A DNA stretch of 64,000 nt from Octopus sinensis (lineage: Eukaryota): assembly GCF_006345805.1 (NCBI RefSeq), contig NW_021833011.1:27017-91016 (forward strand), read 5' to 3'. Shown here piece after piece: positions 50,430 to 61,720 of the stretch. The notes under the pieces were generated by a model, which saw nothing but the letters and a program-made list of their open reading frames with translations, had not been told where the DNA came from and made no database searches. The translations under genes were made by a program, and so were the position numbers. Position 1 is the stretch's first letter; every line of letters starts with the position of its first letter.

Positions 50430-53240
50430 TTCTAATCTGTAAATCATATACCATTTCAGTTTGCAACAACTAAATATGTCTTGCAAACAACTTGCACATG
50501 CAAGTGCTACCAGTCAAAAGCTCCGTATACCGGAAGCCAGCAAGTGTATGGGGTCATCAGGAGAGAATGCATGCCGTTTCGGGGCCTACCTGTCGACGGC
50601 ATCAATGCGCACCAGCCCCCACCTCACTGATATGAGGCCCCACTTGCTAGATCAGCTGGTTATGAAGTTAAACTCAATATCCTTCTAGCCATCGCTCATC
50701 GTCTCTTTTTAAACCAAATCCAGTGGCTAGCCTTCTCCACTGTAGATTGGATATCGGTCATGGTGGCATTGACTTTACGATGAGTTAGGCCTAGCGATAA
50801 TAACAGTCATCTCACGCTGTGTCCAACAAACCCTCTACAACTGACTTTGATTGGAAAATGTTCTGCTTTCCAGCCTGCGTCTTCACATTCCTCGAGGATG
50901 TTTACATAACGGTTCAATTTTTGAGCCCGAGCGGCGTCCATATTATCTTCATGAGGAACCGTTAGCTCGACTATATTTACAACTTTCTTTCACACCACAT
51001 CAAATATCTGGTTTTTCGTAACTGGGATGGAAAGAAAAACTGGCACCCAGGTAAATCTGCAGTTACCTCCCACTAGCCGTTCCACTTTCCATTTCTCTCA
51101 GGAAGTTTCATGATCTTCTTGAAACAGATCCACTGACCTGGTCGCACTTAGGTAATGAAATCTCTAGATGGTACTTTCAACGGTTTTTCTCAGTGTTGTT
51201 GAGATGAATTTGGTTCTTTATAGCATTTAAGATAACCTTAAGGACCAAGTTGTGCCTCATGTATACCTGTTCAATGCTAATGAACAGTTGGAAAGAATAT
51301 GTTTTAGTGTACCGACCTTTCCACATTTGCAGATGTCATTCTCTGAGACGTTCCATCTTACTAGATTCGTAGTTGATGGCAAAAACATCATAAGATGAAT
51401 GAAACAGAAAACTCAGCTGAGATGTTGTCCACTTCACATCTCATCCCAACTTACCTTCCTCTCAACAACATGTTCTTCCATCTCGTCATTTGACCTTGAT
51501 GAAAACATCGGATCAAATGAAGCTCTCTTCTCTCTGCTTCTCTTGTTTTGACGCTGTTGCTAACAACAGATCTGTGTTCACTCCGCATCATGCTTGCAAA
51601 CAGTCTGAACTGATCTGCGCCAAAACCAAATCCTTTCCGATGGTTCTGGGTATAAGAGAAGAAAAGATGTTGTCAGTTTCTGCCTCTGCTTTCCACTTCC
51701 TGGCTGTTTTCACCTCTGGTGGGTTACGCCTGATTTCCATATCCTTCAATCCTCTCAGCATTATGACCGTCCGTATCTTCCCCAGCTTATATATTTCAAC
51801 TATTGATGCTATTGGTAGCTGCAACGAACCTCTTTAAGATAAAGAGCTGAACTGTTCAACATACAAGGTAGGCCTAGCCACTTTCTAATGAACACATTAC
51901 ATTTTTGTTCAATGATTTCAACTCGTGACAATGCTACCTCGTATATTAAAAGTGGCCATGCAAGTTGCGGGTACAAGCCGAACTGCAAGCACCAAATTTT
52001 ATATTTACCTGGTAACTTCGAATTATCAATCGCTGATAACCCAGCCTCGGCCTGTTTCATAATTTCAATCCCACGACTTCTGTCTGACAATGTTCCAGCG
52101 TATACTCGTCCCAAGCTCTTGACGGGCTCTTCCTTTACTGTTGGAATGCTTCCTTCAGATATTCGATACTTAAATTCTTTCTCCTCTCCCTTAACAATGT
52201 CAGACTATGTGATTTTGCTCTAATCGCATCATTGACCACCTTACAAGTTCGTCTAATCTCAAGAGGGCATTCTGCATGATTTGTTTATCTGTAGCTAAAG
52301 TGTCACGTCATCCATGAAGGCTTTCTTAGGCGATTGTACATGGGCGATTTGTTACGAAAAATCTACACCTTTCAAAATCAACTCCATGACTAAGATAAAC
52401 CACGTGACAGATATTGTACAGCCAGCAGCAATGCCAACCTCCAATCGGTGCCAATCTGTTGTAAAATTCCAGTTGTAAACCTCATTTCGAAAATGTCATA
52501 GTACATCCTCATTATTTTGATCACTTTGTTAGGAATGTGGAAGTGGTCCATGGCTGTTATTAGTAATTCATGTGGCACTGAACCATACCACGTTCAGACT
52601 TTTCTTGTTTGTTTGGCGTCCTGGATCGCTTTCCAAATCGAAAAACAGTGTTCAACACATCCAGGGATCCCGGCCTTTTGAACAGATTCATCAACATATC
52701 CATTACTCTGTAAATATGTCACTGTTCTCCTCGACAGAATTCCCATAAAGATCTTGCCTTCCACATTCAATAAGGATATCGGCCTAAACTGTTTTATGGT
52801 CTTTGCATTGGCCTCTTTCAGCAGGTATATACCTTCTGCCTTACACCAATCCTCTACTATAGTCTCCTCGCGCCACAGTTGTCGGAGTAGGACAAAGAGC
52901 TTCTTTCTCAGAAGATTGCAGTACTTGTGAGACTTTATATGAGAAGCCATCACCTCCTGGGGCACTCTTTGCTCTAGTCTTTCTTACGAAGTCATTCACC
53001 TCTCTGTCCCTGATGTCCCCAATCTGGAATTCAATATCAGGTCCTGAGAGATGATTTAGCCCATGTAGAGGTGGCAGCGGCTGGTTACGGTGCGGATCAC
53101 TGTAGGTTTCCTTAATATGAGCATCCAATTCTTCTTTAGTGCACGATAAATTACCACTCTTCGGTTCAGTGAACAGCTTCTTAGTAAAACCGTACGGGTC
53201 CTTCAGAAACTGCCCCCGAGTCCTTTTACTCTCCTTTCGA
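50430..53240 (-). mobile_element. 5'-truncated Hero-like RLE-type LINE, antisense in an intron
   Basis: Minus ORFs: SAPGGDG, QFRPISLLNVEGKIF, QKAGIPGCVEH, LPGKYKIWCLQFGLYPQLAWPL..RKWLGLP; RLE VELTVP and EVSCRGFVG near 50830-50980. Confidence 0.85.
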
Positions 53241-53382
53241 GGCTCATATCGGTGGAATATGTGGGAAATTTCTTAATCAAAGAATATATTTATTACAACT
53301 TAATGATTTCTCCCTGTAAGAAGAATTGGAAATAGTTCCATAAAATGTTCATTATCAATTACTAAACAATTATTTTTTTTAG

Positions 53383-53610
53383 ATTTTGGCAAACATGACT
53401 CAAATAATAACGACTTGTCTGGAAACTGCTGAGAGAATGGGAGCAAAAAGCCTTGCATTTCCTATATTAGGAGCTGGAACATTGAAGTACCCCATTGAAA
53501 ATCTACCCAGAACAATGTCTGAAGCAGTGAAAAACTACTCAAACCAAAATTCAAGCCAGATCAAAGATGTTTACTTCATGGTTTATCCTCAAGACACAGA
53601 AATAGTAAAG
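53383..53610 (+). CDS. PARP14-like: Macro-PARP exon E2: second half of macro-2-type domain
   Basis: TTTTTTTTAG/GTTGGT, 76 codons: ILANMTQIITTCLETAERMGAKSLAFPILGAGTLKYP...IKDVYFMVYPQDTEIVK. Confidence 0.9.
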
Positions 53611-56155
53611 GTTGGTTGATTTATTTGTTGTTTGATGTTGATATTCTTGGAATTTACCAAAAACCAATATTCCACAATAAAGAAAAGAAATAGAACTGAT
53701 CATTTACTGCCCTTGTTCCAAATATAATTCTCTCCTACAACATCACGGTTTTTCCTCACATACAAAACACCTCAAGCCCTCACGCAATAGAAAGAACTGA
53801 CAAACTCTCTACTTCCTGCTGAGTATACCTGTCTCCTTGTTTCCCTGCTCATATGTTTCTCTATATTACCATCACACTTCCAGGCCTCTTTCTTCACTCT
53901 AATGGCCCTGTCTACTACACTGTTCCAACACCATGCTACCATAGGTCTAATTCAGATTTGACACCACCCACAAAACTTGGTCTGCAGATCTCAGTAAATT
54001 GATTCATGGGAACTTCCCTGTATCTTCTGTGTTACACGTCTGTAACTCCCCTTCTTTTCATTAAATGCTTCACTGAAAATGCATAGACAACTGATATGGC
54101 ATGCCTGATGGGAAATGCTTGCCAAATCCTTCCTCCCAGATGCTGCATGTCATTCTCCTTCTCCATCTTACACCCTACTCCACTCTCCTGAACTTCCTTA
54201 CAATTGTTAAGTGTTCGGATCCTTCATTTCCAGTTGTCTCGTAAGAACTTCTAGCTGTCCTCTATTTTACATGTCTCTATCTCTTCCTGGTTCATGTTAA
54301 AAGTTTCAATTAGGACATCTCTAAATATCCGATCATTCAAAGTTGTTGATGATCTGCCAAAGAATATCATAAAAGCAATCCTTCTGTTCATTGGCAGACC
54401 AATTTGAATGGCATAGGCAGCAGAAATAACTGTTGCCATACAACTCTACTCCGAGCTCAAGTACCCAAACACACACTCTGACTATCTCAGCTACATTATC
54501 ACCCATTTCTCAGCTAGAAGTATGACTACTCCACCTACCCCATCGCTGATGCTTTCCCAGAGAATTTATAGATATGTATTTTGCCTGTGAGGTATATGGA
54601 CGAAGCTCCTCTCCACCTTACTTCTTGAAGGCAGCACACATCGAAACACCTCTGTTAGAACATCTCAACAGACCTAGCTTTCAATGTGTCTACATTGACA
54701 AAGCCAATTGTAGGGAACTTCAGGAGGTTGGGGCAGGGGGTAAGAGGGAGAAAGAGATGACATTCAGCATCTGGGAGGAGGAAGGATTCAGCAAGTGTTT
54801 CCACCAAGCATGCCATATCAATTGTCTATGCATTTTATCTGCCATTATTCATTCATCTTATACTTGCTGCATCTGCCTCAAGTGAGGGCTATAAAAGCAT
54901 TGTTAATACAATAATGAACATATGAAAATAACTAATTAGTTAATCAATTAACGGACTGATAGGTTCTGCATTTTGGTGCAAAGTATAGAAAGTACGACAT
55001 TAGTGTTGCAGTGATATGGATGAGAGGCAACTATGAAGGGAAGGAAGTGGGGAGGGCAGAAGAAGGATTGTTGGGAGGGGGGGTTACAGTAAGAGAATGT
55101 AGGTAATGAGAGCATGAGCGGATGGGCACATCATGAGTAAGGAAAAGATGAAATGATGGGATTTGCACATTTCCACAGCTGATGAAGTAATGGAGATAGA
55201 GGAGAGGTGAGATATATTTACAATAACAGAGATATATATTTACATTGACATTAATAATTAAATGAGGAAATGAGGCATTAGGAGAGAAACTTTGGTGATG
55301 GTGGATTAAATTAAATTAAATTAAAGATGGGTTTGTTTCAACATCATACAAACACAAGCAGGAGATGAATAGAATAATGCAAAAATTAAAGCAAAGAAAC
55401 AAATCATAATAGTTTATCTCTCATATCTTTTCATTGTGCATAGAAGTGTGTAATAGTCAGAGTTGTTATTTGAAATGTCTTGTGTTGATATACAGCATCT
55501 GTATATACAGACTAATGTAAACATCTATAGACTATATTTGTACATATAGACTAATGTAAGTACATTGTTTGTATACAACTATATTCTGTATGTATAGTAA
55601 GCAGCTTGTATATAAACTGAGGGTCATATATACACTTTCTGTATACAATATGTGTTGGGGACAGAAAAAGATTGTTTGGCTGGACCAGTTCCTTTCTTCT
55701 TTCTCCAGTGTTGGGTACACATCTGCAGATATACTCTGTAGGACAGTATATATAGCATTGAAGTAAAGCACTGTTGACATACCAGTAATTCACTGGAATT
55801 TACTCAAAGCCAGTCTGTTTCAACAGAAATGTTCTCTTTTGGTTTTAATCAGTTTTGAAAATAATGAAGACTTAAGCTGATGCTTGGACATAACATGGAG
55901 TCTCGAAAGCAATTACAATTCCATGAATAATGTTTTCTTATTCTTTAAGTAACAATTCCTCACCGAACGACAGAATATTCCAAACCCTGTCCATCGTAGG
56001 AGTTTATTTTATAATACAGTGAATAGAAATGTAAATTTAAAACAACATTCATGATAGAAGCAATGAATAAAACATTGCATTGAAATTAACAGAAATTAAT
56101 TATGAAATTATGTTTTTGATTGAGTGATGATAAATTATTTGTTTACTTCTAACAG

Positions 56156-56210
56156 AAATTTGATGAATATTTCCAAGGAAACACAACAGGTAGTTCAGCT
56201 GCATCATCAG
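56156..56210 (+). CDS. PARP14-like: Macro-PARP exon F2
   Basis: TTCTAACAG/GTAAAT, phase 0-1, KFDEYFQGNTTGSSAASS(G); completes the final macro helix after exon E2. Confidence 0.75.
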
Positions 56211-57299
56211 GTAAATACTTTCTTTTTATTATCTTAAATGTATATTCAAATTATGTCATGTCACACTTAATTGCTACTGGTAACATGTAACGCAGTACAA
56301 CGTATCACATGGTCGGATGGTCAGTGACTAAACTGGCCACTACACTGAGCTTGCTGGGTATTTGTTGGATACCCTGTAGGATGGGAAATTCAACCTGCGA
56401 AAAGGTGAAGGATCTCATGAGTAGACAATGGCCATTCAATAATGTGTATATATGTATGTCTGGTTTGTGTGTGTGTGCACGTGCATGAAAGTATATCTGA
56501 ATTGCGTATTTTCAAAACTTCTTTTCATATTTCTATATTTATACATTTATATTTATATTTTTATGCACCCCTTTTATATTTTGATAGTTTTAGCATTTTT
56601 CTTTTTGATATTTTTGTATTCTATTTCATATTCTATTATATTGTTATATTTTTGTATTTGTATATTTTTGTATTTACATATGTGTAATTTCTTTATATCA
56701 GGGAGGGTTAGTAACTCTTGTGGGAGGTGGTTAATCACATTCCATAGGACTGACAGTACCAGCAGGTTTTGTAGGGTGCATGCTGCATGATGAATCACTA
56801 TGGGCCTCTGGTCATCCCCTGCTGCAGAAACGGTCTCCAACCATAGCGATGTTCCATGCCACTGACTCAAGTATTTTTTTCTTGATGAGAGAGTGCAATT
56901 ATCTTTGTGTAATGGCTTCCAAACTTACAACAATTTCATGCACAGGTGTCTGTGCTTCTCAGCCTTCCAACAGTCAATCTCATACCCTGTGGTGAGGTAG
57001 ACCATTGATGAAGACTGCAGGTGGAGATGAGTGCTCGGAGTTCTAGTCACAAGCCTGCACATAGGAGACCAGCAGACCAGTGGTCACTGTCATTGCATTA
57101 CACATCAGAAAATTTAACAGCAACCTAAGTGACTGAGCAGCGTTATTAGGACCACACTGCACACCCTAGTAAGATAAGGGTCTAGAAAAAGTGCCTTAAA
57201 GAAAGCTTTCCCTGAACAGATCTGGTCAACTACTCGCAGCTGACAGACTTAGCCATTTGTAGTCAATTCAAACGGAGAAAGAAAGACCTAACCATTGCT

Positions 57300-58250
57300 A
57301 CAAGGATTATTCTTAGCCAAAGAATTGTGGCGATACAATATCGACCTAGCAGCAATCTAGGCTGAGGAATGGTCCCTGACAGAATCAGGCAGCAGCTACA
57401 CTTTCTTCTGGAAAGGAAAGACTGTACATGAGAAGAGAATATATGTATTTGGAGAAACCATTAAGTCCTGTCTCCTGAAACAGTCTCCCAACCTTCATAC
57501 AGGTGTAAATGAAAAGCCTATGAAACTCTACTTCCCTATCAGCCACAAACACTTCGTCCCTGTCATGAGTGGGTATGACCCTACAATCTCATGCTCAGAA
57601 GAGATCAAAGAGCAGTTCTGTGCTGACTGGGACACTGTGCTACATCACATGCCTGCTACTGACAAGCTTATAATACTAGGGTACTTCAATGCTGTTGTTG
57701 GCAAGGATAAAGAGTGGTGGAGAAGGGTTAGATGGAAGTATGGAGTTGTGTAAATGAATAGCAATGGTCTTCAGTTGCCGAGCAAATTCGCCGAGCACAA
57801 CCTGCTGATTACCAACATCATCTTCCTGCTGGCTGATAAGTATAAAACATCACGGACACATCTGCATTCAAAACAGCGTGATAGCAGTGACATCCTCATC
57901 ACCAGGAGAATGCATGGGACAGAGTGCTCGACTGACCACAAACTAATAAGAGCCAAGTTCAACATCTGTGTAGTTCCCGAACACCACAATGGCTGAGAGC
58001 TCATTAGACCAGCCTTCAGCATGGCCAGACTCCTATCAGCCAAGTACCAGCAGTAGTTCCAGTCCAGCCTTGATGACAGGTGCGAGGTGATAGGACCACT
58101 GACAAGACTCTTTCACGACAACATAACCGGATATGTTTTTTTGCAATACTCACTGCACCAACTCTTTTGACATCTTCAATGGCCTAAAACATGGCTGTGT
58201 GCTCACCCTGTTTTGTTCAACTTGTTCTTCACACAAGTCCTACACCTGGG
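57300..58250 (+). mobile_element. Degenerate RTE LINE endonuclease region
   Basis: YTFFWKG, LIILGYFNAVVG, MNSNGLQL..FAEHNLLITN, TDHKLIRAK. Confidence 0.75.
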
Positions 58251-59239
58251 TCTATACATAATGCACTGCATTGTCAAGTGGGACACAAAAGTGACAGCAA
58301 TGACACCATCAGCAGTGACATTGGTCCCTCGTCGGTTGTCACCTTTATAGGGTAAGTGGACAGCACAAAGGTAACCTTACTCAGGAAGGGCCATTATAGA
58401 TTTATATATCTTAACCATCAATGAAAACCCCAAGTCCACTCTAGGGCTGTGACCCACGATGAGTTCAGAACCCAAAGCAGTAATTCTAGTGTGCAGCAGG
58501 CAGAGCCTCATGTCACGCTTAACCGTAAAGACTACAATAATTAACTGCGACAACTTAAAACTAATTACCCAAATGATGTGGGGTACGACATGTCACATAC
58601 AACCTTAGAATACTTGTGGGTGCCTTTGGATGCACCAAGTTTCCAGAAGAGATGTGACAAGGAGACACAGTACAGACAAGAGAAACATATAAGGAGAATC
58701 CACCACAACCACCACCACCCTCACACCCCAGATTCACTCAATTGAAGTTCACAGTTCTTTGTGAAACAAAAGAAGAACTGATGGAACCATCATGTGCACC
58801 AAAGAAGACAAAATTAAGCATCCGCAAGTTGAATGAAGAGGAGATGGACTCTGCTCTGATTTTGTGCAACACCCATACAAGAGAACACTAGCAAAAGAAT
58901 CACATGAGCTATCCATGAACCACTAATGTGCAATTTTGTAGAGGATGTGGAATATTCATCCTTGGATAATAGTAAATTTTGTCAGTGTGCACCTTTGAAT
59001 ATAGTAGTTTGAATGAGTGGCAGAAAGTCAATATTGATGGGATATTCTGGTTCAACTTTCTGGTTTGACTTAGCTAAGTTGATTTCTCCCTCTACATGGG
59101 TTGCTTTCCTTAAATGCTTTCCAGGTCTTTGAATTAAATTATATTTTGCTTAAATTATTGTGTTTCATATATGTTTATATATTATTCCTTGTTTATGTTG
59201 AATTGTTATTGTGTTTGTTGCATAATGTGAAAGGGCCTC

Positions 59240-60820
59240 TGAGTCAACTTAGCAAAGACCAAAGTAGGCAAACAGACAGGACTGTAGTCGCTTCAATATA
59301 TAGAAAAGGTGTATGTAGAAATTCCATACAGTGTACCTAGAGGTAGCAGATTGCTTCTGCTCTTTAGGTAGATTAATTAGCAGTGGAGGTGGATGTACTG
59401 AAAGTATAGTTGCTAGAAAAAAAACCAGCATGAGAATGTTCAGAGACCTTCTACTTCTGTTGGTAACAAAAGTCCTCTTCTTCTCAGAACCAAAGGTAGA
59501 TTGTATAATGCTTGTGTGTGAACAGTAATGCTACATGAAAGTGAAACAATAGCCCTGAATCAGAGGACATGTGAAAACTAGAGGGAAATGAAGGCCAATA
59601 TACTCCATTTTATGTGCAATGTCAGTGTGCATGTGTGAACAAAGTATATGTTGAGAGAGACTGGCAAAAGAGGCATCAGATATGACATGCAAGAGAGAAC
59701 GCAGCAGTTGTATGCACATGGGAAATGTATGGATGAGGGTAGCTGTATAAAGAAGTGCTGGTTGCTAGAGAAGGATGGAACCAGAGTTTATTGTAATGAG
59801 ATACCTCTTGCAGACACCTTAGACACATCTATACCAAGGGATATACCTAAACCAGTTGTACAGTATCCCCCATGAGGGATTGATGCTAGATAGGTCAAAT
59901 GATTATTGTGATGAATGAAGATTCTTGTATCAGCTTTTGCGTGGCCGATACCAGTGCCACCTGTACCAGTGGCATGTAAAAAGCATGAACCAAATGTGGC
60001 CCATACCAGTGCCACCTGACTGGCACATAAAAAGCATGTACTACATTCTCAGTGGGTGGCATTAGGAAGGGCATCCAGCTGTAAAATCCTTACCAAATCA
60101 GATTGGTGCCTGGTGCAGCCTCCCAGCTTGCCAGTTGTCAGTCAAACCATCTAACCCATGCCAGCACCGAAAGTGGACATCAAACGGCAATGATGATAAT
60201 GATGTGATGACATATATATGCCTGCTCAGGTATGGTCATGTGATGCATGTGGACAAAGACAGCTGTGTAAAGAGGTGCCGATCTCTAACTGTGGATGGAA
60301 CCTGTGGAAGAGGTAGACTCAGGAAGACATGGGACAAGGTGGTGAAGCATGATCTTCAGATGTAGGCAATGACAGAGGCAATGACTAGTGACTGAGACCT
60401 TTGACGATATGCTTTGCTTGAGAAGACCCTTCAAGCCAAGTAAAATCATAGTTGTAACTGGCACCCGTGCTGGTGACATGTAAAAAACGCCTTTGAAACA
60501 TTGGGCCTTATGGACACAAAATGGCTGGGGCCTGAGGCATATGAAAAGCTCCTTTCAAGTGTTGGGCCTCACGGAGGCAATGACTGAGATCTTTGGCATT
60601 ATGTCATAATTGAAAAGAAGACCCATCAAGCCGAGAAAAATTGCAGTTGTGGTAGATACCAGAGTCATGCAAATTCTTGGAGTGGTGGCGTTAGGAAGGA
60701 CATCCAGCTGTAGAAACCATGCCAAATGAGACTGGATTCTGGTGCAGCCCCTCAGCTTACCATCCCTGGTCAAACTATTTAATCCATGCCAGCATGGACA
60801 TTGGATTTCGAATGATGATG
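59240..60820 (+). mobile_element. Cluster of degenerate RTE 3' fragments and UTRs
   Basis: ORFs 59331, 59648, 60135 (GRGRLRKTWDKVVKHDL); two (GAT)n-ending UTRs. Confidence 0.75.
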
Positions 60821-61185
60821 GATGAATTAGAGAGAATTTAAACTTGAATACAAAAAAAGAAGAAATAATTTTAACAACACTTGACATCATTCACTACGCA
60901 GAGTCTCAGGATGGTAGCAGTGGTCTGAAATAGTCATATTGTAAACATGTACTAGATAGTAATATATAGCAATAATTAAAGAGCAGTTGATATCATTCCC
61001 CACAGGGATAGGTGATAATCTTTTTCAGGTTAACTTCATTATTTCAAGAACCGATAGCTCTTCACTGAACAGAAAAACAGGAAACACTACAATTATTATT
61101 TAATCTTGAAGCTGCACCATAAGAAATCTTCTGCTGCTTGTTTGGTTATTTTTCATTGACAAAATGAATATTTCTTCTATTTCAG

Positions 61186-61366
61186 ATGATGAAGATGAAG
61201 AAATAGAAGATAATGTCTTTGCTGGTCAAAAAGATGTTGGTGTCACATTGAAATTCTTAGCTAAATACAAAATCTTGACAATGCTATAGAAACTGTTAAA
61301 AAGGAGTACAATTCTCTATTAACAACTGAGAAAATACCATTTGATGTGGACTTGACAGAACCTCGA
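61186..61366 (+). CDS. PARP14-like: Macro-PARP exon G (post-macro region); one base short of open
   Basis: TTCTTCTATTTCAG/GTAAGT; DDEDEEIEDNVFAGQKDVGVTLKFLAKYK, then a -1 shift in an A4 run (~61269) restores NLDNAIETVKKEYNSLLTTEKIPFDVDLTEPR. Confidence 0.65.
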
Positions 61367-61490
61367 GTAAGTTGTCCACAACAATACAGGGTTCTTATTT
61401 AATTATTATTGTTGTTATCATTTTCTGATTGAATTTTATTTTCATTTCCAACTGGGTCTCAACCAGAGTCCTAAGGTACATATATATATT

Positions 61491-61720
61491 TGTTGTACGA
61501 CACCCCTGACGAGAGTAGATGGCACCACTTCATATAAATAGAATCTGTCTGATGTAGTCGGGAGTTCACAGTTTGGTCATTGAAGTCCAGATACAGTTTA
61601 GAGTTTGAGTTGGTGTGTTGGAAATACTGATTGTTGGTTCGTGTGTTTTTTTTACTGCTGCTGTTTCTATTTTGTATTGTTATAACACTGTTACGGTGTA
61701 GTCTTTATCTATCATCAACA
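61491..61720 (+). mobile_element. 5' LTR of a Gypsy element
   Basis: TGTTG...CAACA termini, TATA-like CATATAAATA, putative PBS TGG at 61725. Confidence 0.75.

Noticed and set aside
54250-54900. ORFs 54251..54439 and 54574..54885 as host exons
   Set aside because: No splice-consistent link to the PARP exons; faint resemblance to a decayed Penelope element, too weak to list as a feature
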